Part shown: positions 18,853-28,946 of the stretch, piece after piece
Position numbering within the stretch: the first letter of the stretch is position 1
Layout of the letters: the number at the start of each line of letters is the position of its first letter
Virus record (IMG/VR): IMGVR_UViG_3300048598_000595
Reading direction: 5' to 3' (one strand)
Length of the DNA stretch: 64,000 nucleotides
Source of the DNA: an uncultured virus (IMG/VR IMGVR_UViG_3300048598_000595)
Taxonomy: Duplodnaviria > Heunggongvirae > Uroviricota > Caudoviricetes
The notes under the pieces: model-generated
The model's database searches: none
What the model was told of the DNA's origin: nothing
The model's input: the letters and a program-made list of their open reading frames with translations, nothing else
Position numbers and translations under genes: made by a program

Positions 18853-19256
18853 TAGGGCCTCATTTCCACCGACGGGGTCAAAAACGCGTTAAATTTTCCT
18901 TTGGTGTTTTCAGCAACCGCATTGGTATACACCACTTTTAAATATTTTTTTACCCCGATAGGCACTTTGACTTTTACCGGTACCGTATTAATCCCCAAAC
19001 TGGTTTTATCAATGGCGCCGGACTCGAAAAGTGAGGTATACGTGGACCCGTCCGAAGAAGTCTGCAGTTTGAAATTAATGGTGGAATCTCCGGTGGACTC
19101 GACCGCTTCCGACGTTTGAATTTCCAGATACATGTCCGGCATATCCCCGGCGTTCTTAAACTCCAAAACGTTGGTGCTATCGGCATCACCGATGGCTGTT
19201 ATTGCTTGATTGGTTGAAAAATTGGCGCTTATATCCCGATAACCCATTTGTTTCAC
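18852..19256 (-). CDS. Bbp16-like capsid cement protein
   Basis: FSTNQAITA..STNVL...KKYLKVVY...GKFNAFL; lies after the major capsid gene. Confidence 0.75.
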   Translation of the reverse strand: MKQMGYRDISANFSTNQAITAIGDADSTNVLEFKNAGDMPDMYLEIQTSEAVESTGDSTINFKLQTSSDGSTYTSLFESGAIDKTSLGINTVPVKVKVPIGVKKYLKVVYTNAVAENTKGKFNAFLTPSVEMRP

Positions 19257-19288
19257 CTCGTTACAATTTTATTTTGTTACAATTTTAT

Positions 19289-20014
19289 TTACGCGTCCGC
19301 CAAGGTATAGATAATCTGAAGAGTAAAGGCGGGAGGGTTAGCGGTCGTGCCGTTGGTCACGGATAAAGTCAATTTTTCCCCGGCCGCTAAATTTTTGTGA
19401 GTCCCGTCCAAGGCCCCAAGATTGGTTACGGTACCGGCGCTTGGAAAAGCCGGATCAGCATCAAATTCCTTTTCTACAATGATGTTGGTACCATCGGTCA
19501 GCTTAATGGTGCATTTGTTGGAATCGTCTATTCCGGCCGGATTTCCCAGTGGTATAATGTCCGCCGAAACGAGCGACGTTGCCAATCCGGTCGGTACGAA
19601 ATAAATTGGCCGATCGGTGATGTCAACACCGGCACCCAGATCTTCCACGTTGTAAAGAATTGTTTGATACTTGGCGGTCGCGGCAAGTTTGGCAAGAGGC
19701 CATATTCCATCATCAAACAATGCTCTGGTAGCCGCGTCTGCATTAAAAGCGCCGTCTTTAATAGCCTTGATTAATTGAGCATTATCAAAACTATCTGCGG
19801 CAAACTTGGCTAATACTGTTGCCGCATCAAAATAATCTGCTGCCATGATTGCCCGGCCACCGGCGGAAGCCGCCAAAGCACCGGAGGCAGGAGTTCCGGT
19901 TGTCACCGCCTTGCTGTTCACTCCGTCGTGATCGTGCCCGGTGGTAGGATTAAATACCTCTTGCAATACCTTGCCAATTTCACTAATTGCCGAAGTTAAA
20001 AAATTATAAGCCAT
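19289..20014 (-). CDS. Putative capsid decoration protein
   Basis: Between capsid and cement genes; GHDHDG motif; beta-rich C-terminus. Confidence 0.5.
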   Translation of the reverse strand: MAYNFLTSAISEIGKVLQEVFNPTTGHDHDGVNSKAVTTGTPASGALAASAGGRAIMAADYFDAATVLAKFAADSFDNAQLIKAIKDGAFNADAATRALFDDGIWPLAKLAATAKYQTILYNVEDLGAGVDITDRPIYFVPTGLATSLVSADIIPLGNPAGIDDSNKCTIKLTDGTNIIVEKEFDADPAFPSAGTVTNLGALDGTHKNLAAGEKLTLSVTNGTTANPPAFTLQIIYTLADA

Positions 20015-20057
20015 TGAAATTCCTCCTTTCGTTAAAATAATGAATTTATCTGACCAA

Positions 20058-21050
20058 TTACACCACAGTTCCTTCGGAATTTAACAGCGCATCCACCCGC
20101 CGGATCGGGTAACCCAGGAATTTGGTTATCGGTTTCCCGTTTTCCAGGGTATCAATGGTAAGCGTGGCTGTGGCTTTGTTGAGCGCTTTTTTGTCGAGAG
20201 CGGTTTTAACAGTACGGTTGCAATAAAACGCCGCCCTTCCGTTCAAATCATGGACCGTGTTTAAGGATTCAATCATCATATCCAGCAAGTTTGCCGAAGT
20301 ATCCGTGGTTTTCCCAGTGGTCAATAATGCATCTATGTCAATATTGCACATCCTGCACGCGTACCTCCAGTCATAAACCGCTAAACCAAGTCTCCATTTG
20401 TACTGATCTTCCCACATATACAGAATTTTGTTTCCGGTCTGGGTGACCTTTTGGAGCCCCTTGTCTTCGTGCTGAATTCCGGCCTTGGTACCTTTCGGGA
20501 AAAATCCCGCGATTTTTTCTTCTCCCCAAACAACAAGATACATGGAAGTGTTTTTTACTCCGGAACCGCCGCCTTTAATGATATTAGCTTTGGAAGCCGC
20601 GGTGGTGGCGTCGGAATAAAACGCAGCCAGGCCGGTAATCTGCTCTGGATTGACTTTCTGATCACCATATATTAATTTAGATCCGCCCTCCTGGGACATG
20701 GCCTCGATAAACTTCCTGTTTTTTCGAACTCTATATCCGGCTTTGTCCTCATACATGTTGACCAGCTCTTCGTCAACCTGCCCATAGCCTTCCATGATCC
20801 CCGGGGTAAACAATATCGGGTGACTAGCGTCCGTACTGGGTACAACACCCTGATTGAGTTGACGCCAAGCAACTTCCGGAATTCCGTCTTCAATAACGGC
20901 TTTCTCTCCGACGGTAGTATTGGATTCAACTACAACCATGTCAATTAACATTTCATTGACAGTGCTGTACATATCAATCATTTTCATTACAACTCCGTCA
21001 CTTGTTTCCTTGCCCCAATCGGCCAGGGTCGGATTGGTAGGTACTGCCAT
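20058..21050 (-). CDS. Major capsid protein (BPP-1/epsilon15-like)
   Basis: PTLADW...WRQLNQGV...W.LGLAVYDWRY..R.CNID...GYPIRRVDALLNSE. Confidence 0.9.
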   Translation of the reverse strand: MAVPTNPTLADWGKETSDGVVMKMIDMYSTVNEMLIDMVVVESNTTVGEKAVIEDGIPEVAWRQLNQGVVPSTDASHPILFTPGIMEGYGQVDEELVNMYEDKAGYRVRKNRKFIEAMSQEGGSKLIYGDQKVNPEQITGLAAFYSDATTAASKANIIKGGGSGVKNTSMYLVVWGEEKIAGFFPKGTKAGIQHEDKGLQKVTQTGNKILYMWEDQYKWRLGLAVYDWRYACRMCNIDIDALLTTGKTTDTSANLLDMMIESLNTVHDLNGRAAFYCNRTVKTALDKKALNKATATLTIDTLENGKPITKFLGYPIRRVDALLNSEGTVV

Positions 21051-21088
21051 AATAATTCACCTCATTTTAAATTTTTTATTACTTTGTA

Positions 21089-21853
21089 TTACTTTTTGTT
21101 CATATTGGGGTAAAAAATTTCCCCATCGCTCTTTGGAGCCCCGTTGGGCTTCCCGTCCGGAAAATTATCTTCGGCGATGGCTTTTCCGGCCAGAATCAAA
21201 AACTGATTTATGACCGGATGATTCCCTAAACCGGAATCATTCATTAACGTGCGAAATTCTTTACCTAGCTCCGGACCAGCAATTTGGTTAATTGCCTTGC
21301 CAATAAACGGCTTTTCCACGTTATAATTGGGTAATTTAATCGTTTCATCTTTCCAACCGTTTTTCATTTGGGTAAATAGTTCGGTTTGGCCTTTAATCTG
21401 TGTTTGAATCACTTTGGATTCCAAATCAATGAACTTTTGAGCCTGCTCCTGGGAAAGGTTCATCTCTTTGGCTAACCCCTTAAATTCATCATGAATCGCG
21501 GTGTCAATGGCCACTCCCTCCGGAAATGTGAAATCCGCATACGAATCCGGGGCTCCGGCTGTTTCCGGTTTGACTTCATCCGGTTTTTTATCCTTGACCG
21601 GATCGGCAGCTGGATCCGCTGGAGGCTCTTCATCAATCAAAGTCTTTTCCGGATTACCCGGTCCGGCCGGTGGAGCTGCCGGAGGGTCGGAACCATCCGG
21701 GGTTGGTTCATCAATCAATGTTGTTTCCGGAGTGGCAGGGGAGGCCGGTGGAGCTACCGGAGGATCCCCACCAAAAAACCGTAAGTCAAATTTAACCTTC
21801 GTATCAGTTTCCTTGGTGTTATCCGTGAAACCGATTTTCATATCATTATCCAT
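21089..21853 (-). CDS. Capsid scaffolding protein
   Basis: Pro/acidic N-terminus, LSQEQAQK, GLGNHP, KAIAED; FDLRFFGG motif. Confidence 0.8.
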   Translation of the reverse strand: MDNDMKIGFTDNTKETDTKVKFDLRFFGGDPPVAPPASPATPETTLIDEPTPDGSDPPAAPPAGPGNPEKTLIDEEPPADPAADPVKDKKPDEVKPETAGAPDSYADFTFPEGVAIDTAIHDEFKGLAKEMNLSQEQAQKFIDLESKVIQTQIKGQTELFTQMKNGWKDETIKLPNYNVEKPFIGKAINQIAGPELGKEFRTLMNDSGLGNHPVINQFLILAGKAIAEDNFPDGKPNGAPKSDGEIFYPNMNKK

Positions 21854-21886
21854 GACTAACCTCCTTTTGATATATTTAAAATCCTA

Positions 21887-22210
21887 TCAGTGGTCTGAAT
21901 CGGATTTCGTAGCATTTTGTTCATGCTCCAATACTTTCAAATCATCTTGATATTCCTTATACATTTGGTCAAGCGCTTCAAACCCGCTGACCTCCATGAT
22001 TTCCCGGATAAAAAACGCCCCACCGGTCCGTAATCCTTTTTCATACAAATCCCGGGAATTTCCATGGAACTTTTCGCTGAAAAACCCGGACTCCATAATA
22101 AACCGCCAAATACACCGACGCCCCCGGGGGTCTGATATAATCCATTTGAAATCTGCCAGCTCTTGTTCCCTGCGTTTATCGTTTATATCATGAACATCGT
22201 AGCGCTCTAT
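21887..22210 (-). CDS. Bbp19-like hypothetical protein (frame open upstream of the listed ATG; likely ATA start at 22210)
   Basis: ELADFKWIISDPRGRRCIWRF in frame upstream of 22096; AGGAGG 9 nt before ATA. Confidence 0.55.
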   Translation of the reverse strand: MERYDVHDINDKRREQELADFKWIISDPRGRRCIWRFIMESGFFSEKFHGNSRDLYEKGLRTGGAFFIREIMEVSGFEALDQMYKEYQDDLKVLEHEQNATKSDSDH

Positions 22211-23886
22211 TGCTGAACACCTCCTAACAAAGCGGTCAGCGCGTTATTACTCCCGGTATCCGTTTCCGAAAGGGTCTTTGCTCCCTGGATGGAGGCCGCC
22301 ATCATTTCCTGCTGCTGGGCTGCTTGTTGCTGCTTTGCCCGGTCATTTCGAATTTGGGCAACTTCATCATTCGTGCGAATCAGTTTGGATGGGGTACCCA
22401 ACATGTTCACGTATTCGTCCACCGCTTCATCCGGATTAAACTTGTCCCTCACTTCCGGAAACACTCCCGCTAAATTCCCGACGAATCCGGCAGTTTGTTC
22501 AATCGATGTTATGCCCACCATTTTCTGGGCCTGGGCTAACATCGACACATATTCAACCCCCAACGGCATATTTTCCAACTCCGGAGGTGGGGGAGGTAAC
22601 AATCCATTTTCCACCATAATGTCAAACGAAATATCTATCAGTGGATCCAATAGTTCATTTTCAACCGGCTCCAACACCGCCCCCAGCATTGTCAGTTTTT
22701 CCTCATATTTTTTGGCCACTTCATACATGGTTTTTTCATTGTTCGGGGCTTGGGCAATCATTAAAAAGATATCTACAAAGAAATCCTCTTTAATCGCTTG
22801 TTGAATTTCCGCAATATTGGCGCGTTGACTTTGAATATTGGGATTAACCTCATACGCAGTTTTAACCCCCGCATCAGGGGTGGAGCCTTCGTGCCATGTA
22901 ACGGCCCCGGGTACCACATTAACTCCGCCTTTATTTCGGATACTTGCATTGGCCTGTAATGGGGGGTTGGCTTGTTTATCCAACATAATAAGCAAATCCA
23001 AATTAGCTTTTTGCAATGTTTTAGCATCACCCAGGGCCATCCAACCCGGGCCGCATTTGCTGTAAATATTCGATCCTTTCGGGTTCCATCGCGGTGCTAA
23101 TATTGGAAACCGTTTAAACCCGGCCACTTTTAAAACCGTATTGGCTTTATCGCTGGGGTCCCAGTATATTGACCGAAACTTCATGTTTTTAAAATCTTTT
23201 TTTGATTCAATCCTGCTGTCATTTTCCTCGATAAGGTGATACACCGGGTACCATTCATCGGTATTGCGGTTTTGCTTATATGCATCCTGGATGGCAGTCC
23301 GTACATTATTCAGCCCAAACTCGTTAACCATTTGGACAGCCGTCATCCAAACAATCCGGGCAAATGCATTCACCCGCTGATCCGGTCCGGTACCCAGAAA
23401 GTATTCACCCACAGTAAAGCCCCGGCCCCGAATAACATCATCGTAATCCTCTTTCATGAGCGCGGCTCCTACACTGAAAACACCCAATTCCTCATATACG
23501 GACCACAAAATATTATAGATATTGCTTTTAGAAAACACTTCCATTTGACGCTCGACGACGACGTTCAGCCAATCTTTAACGGGAGGATATTTGTTTAAAT
23601 CGGGGTCCGGTAAAATTAACTTATACCATGGCCGCGCCGGCGAAGTCATCCCGGAATACATCCCTGACGTAAATATCCTGGAGGCCCTGGTTGGTGTCGA
23701 GTCAATGAGCTCCTTATGGTTTAAAATTTCCCCTCGATTGGGTTGCGTCCCCTCAAAAAAACCCAATGCCGGATTGATGAATTTAGAGATACTTTGAAAG
23801 GCGGATTTCCATGATTCGAATTCCTGTTTCAATGAGTTAAAACGCCGTTCGTAAGGCTTCCGGTCTTGTATAATCATAGAGATCAC
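22207..23886 (-). CDS. Portal (head-to-tail connector)
   Basis: SGMTSPARPW, GPGWMALGDAKTLQ, EYVSMLAQAQK motifs. Confidence 0.92.
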   Translation of the reverse strand: MISMIIQDRKPYERRFNSLKQEFESWKSAFQSISKFINPALGFFEGTQPNRGEILNHKELIDSTPTRASRIFTSGMYSGMTSPARPWYKLILPDPDLNKYPPVKDWLNVVVERQMEVFSKSNIYNILWSVYEELGVFSVGAALMKEDYDDVIRGRGFTVGEYFLGTGPDQRVNAFARIVWMTAVQMVNEFGLNNVRTAIQDAYKQNRNTDEWYPVYHLIEENDSRIESKKDFKNMKFRSIYWDPSDKANTVLKVAGFKRFPILAPRWNPKGSNIYSKCGPGWMALGDAKTLQKANLDLLIMLDKQANPPLQANASIRNKGGVNVVPGAVTWHEGSTPDAGVKTAYEVNPNIQSQRANIAEIQQAIKEDFFVDIFLMIAQAPNNEKTMYEVAKKYEEKLTMLGAVLEPVENELLDPLIDISFDIMVENGLLPPPPPELENMPLGVEYVSMLAQAQKMVGITSIEQTAGFVGNLAGVFPEVRDKFNPDEAVDEYVNMLGTPSKLIRTNDEVAQIRNDRAKQQQAAQQQEMMAASIQGAKTLSETDTGSNNALTALLGGVQQ

Positions 23887-24272
23887 CTGCCTGAAATCAT
23901 ATTTTTTGTCACGTTTGCCAAGGATGTATCGCCTTTGTATCCACCTGTATTAAAAAAAGTAGACATGTATCCAAATCGCATTGCATCCCTGCGGCGCTTT
24001 TCTTCCACCGCATTTAATACTTCCGGACTTTGGTCCGTGGGCAATACAGGCGGTAAAATATTGGTGTCTTCTTCGGGAGTTTTTTTCTTTTTTGGTAAGA
24101 AGGAGTTTGTCGAATTCCCTCCTTGACCGTATTGACCATAATTTACTGAGCTGCTTGGACCCGATTGCTTTGATTGATTGGCATTATAACTATCTGATTT
24201 ACTGTAATTCGGACCGCTGTATCCACCGCCCCCTCCGCCACCTGAACCACCTCCACTTCCCATAATTATCAC
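23883..24272 (-). CDS. Gly-rich small virion-associated protein
   Basis: Between terL and portal; MGSGGGSGGG start. Confidence 0.55.
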   Translation of the reverse strand: MIIMGSGGGSGGGGGGGYSGPNYSKSDSYNANQSKQSGPSSSVNYGQYGQGGNSTNSFLPKKKKTPEEDTNILPPVLPTDQSPEVLNAVEEKRRRDAMRFGYMSTFFNTGGYKGDTSLANVTKNMISGR

Positions 24273-24284
24273 CCCATTTTTTTA

Positions 24285-25832
24285 TTAAGCTGCTAAGTCT
24301 AAAACGTCATAATCTGACTGAACTCCGCCAAACGTATTCAAAACATCATACTGGGAATTGGCAAAGTTTAATTTGCTGTTGTTTCTTGAATTATTTTTTG
24401 GTTGCACTGGGACAGCAAACGATATGGCCAACGCATCCGCCCGGTTGGGGGAGGGCAGTCCCTTTGCCCGAATGTCTTCCTTGGATTCGAGATAGATTTT
24501 CCCGGAATCTTTTCCGGTGGCTTTCACCCGGTATTCCGGTATCATTAATTCTTCCGCCAGCTGAGGATCATCCGGGATGGCCCCGCCCTCACGCAACCAA
24601 TCCTTCATCAGCTTCCACATTTCAGCCCGTTTATTCAAATATCCCGGATCACTCGAGGCCCCGCCAAACTCGACTAAAGTCCAATGCCGACCGGACTCTT
24701 TTCCAAAGCTGTATATTCCGGTACCAAAACCAAAATCGATGAATACGGCATCCGCTTGATATTGGTCCTCAAATCCCATTAAATAACCGGCAATAACTGC
24801 ATCATTATCATTGCGCGCATATTTTCCTAAAATCTTAAAGGCCAGCCCCTGCCGGAGCCCAATGACCGTTTCATCACCGCCGGTCCACGCCGGGTCGCAC
24901 GTAAGAATTTTTGCCGCGAAATTGTATTGCTCCAGACGAAGATGTCTTCCCCTGGCCGGGGTAATGATGGCCTCGGAAATGAATTGCAGGTCCGACGCGT
25001 TGGGAAATTCCCCGCGCACATGAGCTTTGACAAAATCGCTGTCTATGCCATAATCTTCAATCCATTGAGCAATTTGTGTTTTGTTGGATATTTTTACGGA
25101 CCGGCTGTCGATTTGGCGAATATGCCACCGGTGCCGCTGCTTCCTGAAACATTCCCGGAACCATCCGTAATTTCGAACCGGATTCCCGAAAGCTACAAAA
25201 ATAATTTGCGTATTGCTATCTGTAAGAGCTCCTTTAATGCCATCATCGTAAATGACATCATCAATCGCCGAGGCCTCATCGCAGAGGATCATGATTCTTT
25301 TACCATAATTGTGAAGCCCGGCAAATGCATCCGGCCTGGTTTTATTCCAAGGGATTGCATCAATGCGCCAGGTTTTTTCGTGCTTTGGTTCAACTGAATG
25401 AATTGATGTAGCCTCATATTTAAACCAATAACCGCATATACACAAACGGTGCCATTTTGCTAGTTCAGACCAAGTTTTTGTTTTAAGCTGGGTATCCGTT
25501 CCGGCGGTGACGACTCCCCGGGTGTCTTCTTGAGTGGACATCCCCCAGAGAATTAGCCAGGCGATCAGGGTTGATTTTCCGATCCCATTCCCGCTGGCCA
25601 CCGCCTCCTGGATAACCAAATTAAATGCTTCGTTGAAATTTACGCCGGCTTTTAACAAATCACCGATTTCAATTAAAATTTCTTTTTGCCACTGATCGGG
25701 CCCGCTAAAATCTTTTAATTCACCTTCACCCCATGAAAACGCATAGATGACAAATCCATATGGGTCAAAGGTAAATTTTGCGATGTCTTCAATCAGTTCC
25801 AATTCGGCTGGAGCTTTCTTGTTTGGTGGCAT
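24285..25832 (-). CDS. terL: Terminase large subunit
   Basis: Walker A SGNGIGKS, Walker B ILCDEAS, FGNP, nuclease DPAWTGGD...SPNRADALA. Confidence 0.93.
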   Translation of the reverse strand: MPPNKKAPAELELIEDIAKFTFDPYGFVIYAFSWGEGELKDFSGPDQWQKEILIEIGDLLKAGVNFNEAFNLVIQEAVASGNGIGKSTLIAWLILWGMSTQEDTRGVVTAGTDTQLKTKTWSELAKWHRLCICGYWFKYEATSIHSVEPKHEKTWRIDAIPWNKTRPDAFAGLHNYGKRIMILCDEASAIDDVIYDDGIKGALTDSNTQIIFVAFGNPVRNYGWFRECFRKQRHRWHIRQIDSRSVKISNKTQIAQWIEDYGIDSDFVKAHVRGEFPNASDLQFISEAIITPARGRHLRLEQYNFAAKILTCDPAWTGGDETVIGLRQGLAFKILGKYARNDNDAVIAGYLMGFEDQYQADAVFIDFGFGTGIYSFGKESGRHWTLVEFGGASSDPGYLNKRAEMWKLMKDWLREGGAIPDDPQLAEELMIPEYRVKATGKDSGKIYLESKEDIRAKGLPSPNRADALAISFAVPVQPKNNSRNNSKLNFANSQYDVLNTFGGVQSDYDVLDLAA

Positions 25833-26487
25833 TTTGCCATCTCTCCCTGGCTGCTGCCATACTTTCGGAAAGTGAGATGTTCATATTGTTATTGATATTA
25901 ATATCTTTTCCGCTTTTGTATTGGTCCATATGAGCTTCCATCAATCTGATTAATAGGGCGTCTGAGTATTCCCGAATATGTCCCACTATATCGCCTTGAT
26001 AAAAAACTGGTTTCAATGTCCCGGTAACCGCTCTTCGGAATGCTTCCGCTTCCAAAGTAGTACCAATCTGATTTTGAACTTCTTTAAACTGTTGGGCGTA
26101 TTTCTCATCTTTCAACCATTCATAATGTTTTCCACGGTCAATATCTAACATTTTTGCAGCTTTGGTAATATTGAGGTCAGCATTTTGTGACAGCGTTAGC
26201 AAAAACATTTGTTTTTCCCGGTCTTCCAGTGCTGTCTGATATACCTTGATTTTGGCCGCATACTCCGGGTCTGTTTTCATCCACTCATAATGAGTATCCC
26301 GGCTGATACCCGCCTCAGCCACTGCCAAGGAAATATTACCGTCAGCCTCAAGGAAAAGAGTCAGAAATTTTTCTTTGGAATCTTTGACTCTCTGGGCGAT
26401 GGCCGCCTGGGTCTCGGTTTTTGGTTTTTTTACGACTTCTTTTTTGGCTGGCCGGCGTCGCTTATTTTTCCAAGCCATAACTGACAC
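25789..26487 (-). CDS. terS: Terminase small subunit with tandem HTH repeats
   Basis: Two GISRDTHYEW/DIDRGKHYEW HTHs; EAEAFRRAV..PVFYQG..REYSDALL; directly upstream of terL. Confidence 0.8.
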   Translation of the reverse strand: MSVMAWKNKRRRPAKKEVVKKPKTETQAAIAQRVKDSKEKFLTLFLEADGNISLAVAEAGISRDTHYEWMKTDPEYAAKIKVYQTALEDREKQMFLLTLSQNADLNITKAAKMLDIDRGKHYEWLKDEKYAQQFKEVQNQIGTTLEAEAFRRAVTGTLKPVFYQGDIVGHIREYSDALLIRLMEAHMDQYKSGKDININNNMNISLSESMAAARERWQNATKQESSSRIGTD

Positions 26488-27057
26488 CTAGCTTTCATTG
26501 GTATGTTCAAACCAGGTTAGCATCAAATCCGCTTTGGTGTTATCCGCATCCGGAGTAAATCGGATGATATAATCCTCATTTTGTTTTAAAATCAATTTAC
26601 ACTTTTCCGAGCTGCCGGCAGCTGCCATGTATTCAGCCCAAATTAATGTTCCGGCGTCAGCTGCTCCTCCGCTGCCCAGAGTCGGGTCTACCTTTAATGT
26701 CAATCCGCTTGCAGTATTAGAATTGCGATTGCTGTTATATGCGGTTACTGCAGTACCTGCTGCCGGAGTTGTCCCGTAAGTGGGATTTTCATATATCTCC
26801 CATAAACCGGCCGCTGAACAAGAATAAGCAAAAATCATGTGAGCCCATTTGGTGGTATCCGGTGTTATGATTTTCCAATACTTCGGGCCAGCGGTATCAA
26901 CGTCCGTATCATAGCTGTGAGCAATAAAATGATCGCCGGCGTTTATTTTATGCTGGATAAAATCCACTGAAATTAACGATGCCGTTGAATGATCCGCCAT
27001 CGGAATGACTCGGGTATTTTCATTGGCGCTTGATTGTACATAGATTGGTTCCGGCAT
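26488..27057 (-). CDS. Hypothetical beta-rich protein, first gene of the late operon
   Basis: Strong RBS, abuts terS. Confidence 0.6.
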   Translation of the reverse strand: MPEPIYVQSSANENTRVIPMADHSTASLISVDFIQHKINAGDHFIAHSYDTDVDTAGPKYWKIITPDTTKWAHMIFAYSCSAAGLWEIYENPTYGTTPAAGTAVTAYNSNRNSNTASGLTLKVDPTLGSGGAADAGTLIWAEYMAAAGSSEKCKLILKQNEDYIIRFTPDADNTKADLMLTWFEHTNES

Positions 27058-27120
27058 GTGATCATCTCCTTGAGGTTATATAAAACAAAAAAACTGCCTG
27101 AAAGACAGTTTTAATAATGG

Positions 27121-27154
27121 GCGAAATCCGAAATTATACAAATTCGGATTTCGC
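27121..27154. repeat. 34-bp palindromic site (12-bp perfect arms), candidate recombinase or regulator site
   Basis: gcgaaatccgaa-attatacaaa-ttcggatttcgc. Confidence 0.7.
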
Positions 27155-27253
27155 TAAATTCGGTTAAATTTTGCCGTTATTGCTGATTACTGATTAAATA
27201 ATCGGGTTATATGCTGTAATTGCTTTTTAAAAAGTCCATTCCTGATGTATCCA

Positions 27254-27454
27254 TTATTTTGCCTCCTGAGCTGCTTTTACGATTGCGTTTTTGCAATCAT
27301 CAAGCCACACCTTGACCTCTTTGTTTTTGGCTAATTCTTCATTGGTTACTTCCAACTTAAAATCAAATTCGCAATGGCTAATCATTACAGCCAAAATCGG
27401 ATCAATTGTAACTTGATTCTTTTCGAGAAAATTTACGAAATCCTTACCGTTCAT
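27254..27454 (-). CDS. Hypothetical protein
   Basis: ORF in operon orientation. Confidence 0.45.
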   Translation of the reverse strand: MNGKDFVNFLEKNQVTIDPILAVMISHCEFDFKLEVTNEELAKNKEVKVWLDDCKNAIVKAAQEAK

Positions 27455-27492
27455 CTTTTCAATACCCCACCCATCATATTTTCCAAATTATC

Positions 27493-28104
27493 TTATTCTT
27501 CGCCACCCGTCCGTTTCCCTCTCTTGGTCCCGATCCGAAGCGTCCGGACCGCCTGGTCAAAAATGTCCCGGTTTAATCCAATATACCTGGCGGTGATGGC
27601 CTCCGAAGTATGACCGAACCATTCCCGCAGGAACGCCAGGGCGAAGACCGGACCTTTTTGATTGCTCCTTCGATATTGGTCATAAAACCAGTATCCGAAT
27701 GTTTTCCGCATGGAATGGGTACCAATCGTATCCTGGATTCCGGCCTCCTTAGCAACTTCTTTGATAACTTGATAAACCCGGGTAGTGGTCAGCGGTTTAT
27801 TCTTGCCTTCCCGGCTGGGGAATAATACTTCCCAATCCGGCTTACCCTTGATGTATTCTTTTAATGATTGCTTTAGCTTTGGATGTATCAGTAATTCTTT
27901 GACTTTTCCGGTTTTCTGCTCTTTGAGTTTAATATGGGTCTGGTCCCGGACATCACCCACCCGGAGCTGGAGGATATCGCCACATCGGAGGCCGGCATAG
28001 ATTCCAACCAACCAAATCAAATACCACATTTGACCCAGTTTTTTTAACAGGTCCTCGATGGCGTCTATCTGCTCCGGCTCCCGTATGGGCTGTACAAAAT
28101 TCAT
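27493..28104 (-). CDS. Small tyrosine recombinase (catalytic domain only)
   Basis: GLR, K, HSMRKT, FGH and YIG catalytic residues all present; MNFVQPIR start typical of Firmicutes phage recombinases upstream of terminase. Confidence 0.9.
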   Translation of the reverse strand: MNFVQPIREPEQIDAIEDLLKKLGQMWYLIWLVGIYAGLRCGDILQLRVGDVRDQTHIKLKEQKTGKVKELLIHPKLKQSLKEYIKGKPDWEVLFPSREGKNKPLTTTRVYQVIKEVAKEAGIQDTIGTHSMRKTFGYWFYDQYRRSNQKGPVFALAFLREWFGHTSEAITARYIGLNRDIFDQAVRTLRIGTKRGKRTGGEE

Positions 28105-28463
28105 CCCGAATCCCCCGTTTTGTAATAGGTTTTAACCTTTTCCATTTCCGTTTGTAACCGGTCCATAATGTTTTCGATAATATCATCGCTTAAATCGTAT
28201 TGTATCGCAGACACCAAAGCATCAGCCAGTTTTAACATTTCTTTTTTGTTTGTAATTACAACGATGGGTTTATTTTTTCGAAAAGCCAAACAGTGATTTG
28301 ATTTTATAACACCATCGCTGTTCGTAAAAAAGATTTTAGCTTCAAATTTTCGGCAATTGGTACAGTACAATTCACCCGCGATGATATGATCCAGATATTC
28401 CGGGAACGGAATCCGGTGTCGTGCCGCTGCCGCTTTGAGAGGGAGAAGCGATTTATCAATCAT
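28101..28463 (-). CDS. Hypothetical Cys-containing protein
   Basis: Coupled ORF with CTNC. Confidence 0.5.
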   Translation of the reverse strand: MIDKSLLPLKAAAARHRIPFPEYLDHIIAGELYCTNCRKFEAKIFFTNSDGVIKSNHCLAFRKNKPIVVITNKKEMLKLADALVSAIQYDLSDDIIENIMDRLQTEMEKVKTYYKTGDSG

Positions 28464-28660
28464 TGTTTCACCTCATTTTTTATTCCGGAGCCGGCGCCGG
28501 GGTCATCGTCAATCCGTTTAGCATATTGATTACAATCGCAGTAAATCATGAATTCATCAAACTTTTTTAGTCGTTGGTTACACTTTGGGCATCGATCTTT
28601 TAGTCGTATAATCATATGGCCGTGGTATTCGTACTGATCCGGATTTTTTGGATTAGCCAT
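28460..28660 (-). CDS. Small zinc-ribbon protein
   Basis: CPKC...CDC. Confidence 0.5.
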   Translation of the reverse strand: MANPKNPDQYEYHGHMIIRLKDRCPKCNQRLKKFDEFMIYCDCNQYAKRIDDDPGAGSGIKNEVKQ

Positions 28661-28946
28661 TTTTTCGATTCCAAATCATGGCGGCCAGTACCCCAACATC
28701 GATAAAATCCATGGATGCAGGAGTCAAATTTTTTCTAAGTAACACCTCTAAACTTCGCGTGGAAACTTCATCCGGATTGTCCCAGCCGGTGTACCCTTCC
28801 CGTAATTTTGACAGGACCCTTTCCCGTAGCTGCTCGGCAAACTGATTAATCAGGTAATTCAGTGCCATTTCCTCGGATGATTCCCCAAAGGCTTGGTCTT
28901 TGAATTGTTGAGTTGTGACTTTCATTAACCCACCTTCTCCAGCCAA
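28653..28946 (-). CDS. Phage hypothetical protein
   Basis: Coupled ORF; GYTGWD...IDVGVLAAMIW. Confidence 0.55.
   Translation of the reverse strand: MAGEGGLMKVTTQQFKDQAFGESSEEMALNYLINQFAEQLRERVLSKLREGYTGWDNPDEVSTRSLEVLLRKNLTPASMDFIDVGVLAAMIWNRKNG

Noticed and set aside
27493..28104. Tyrosine recombinase as the prophage integrase or boundary
   Set aside because: Internal to a continuous operon and lacks an arm-binding domain; the boundaries match the serine integrase core.
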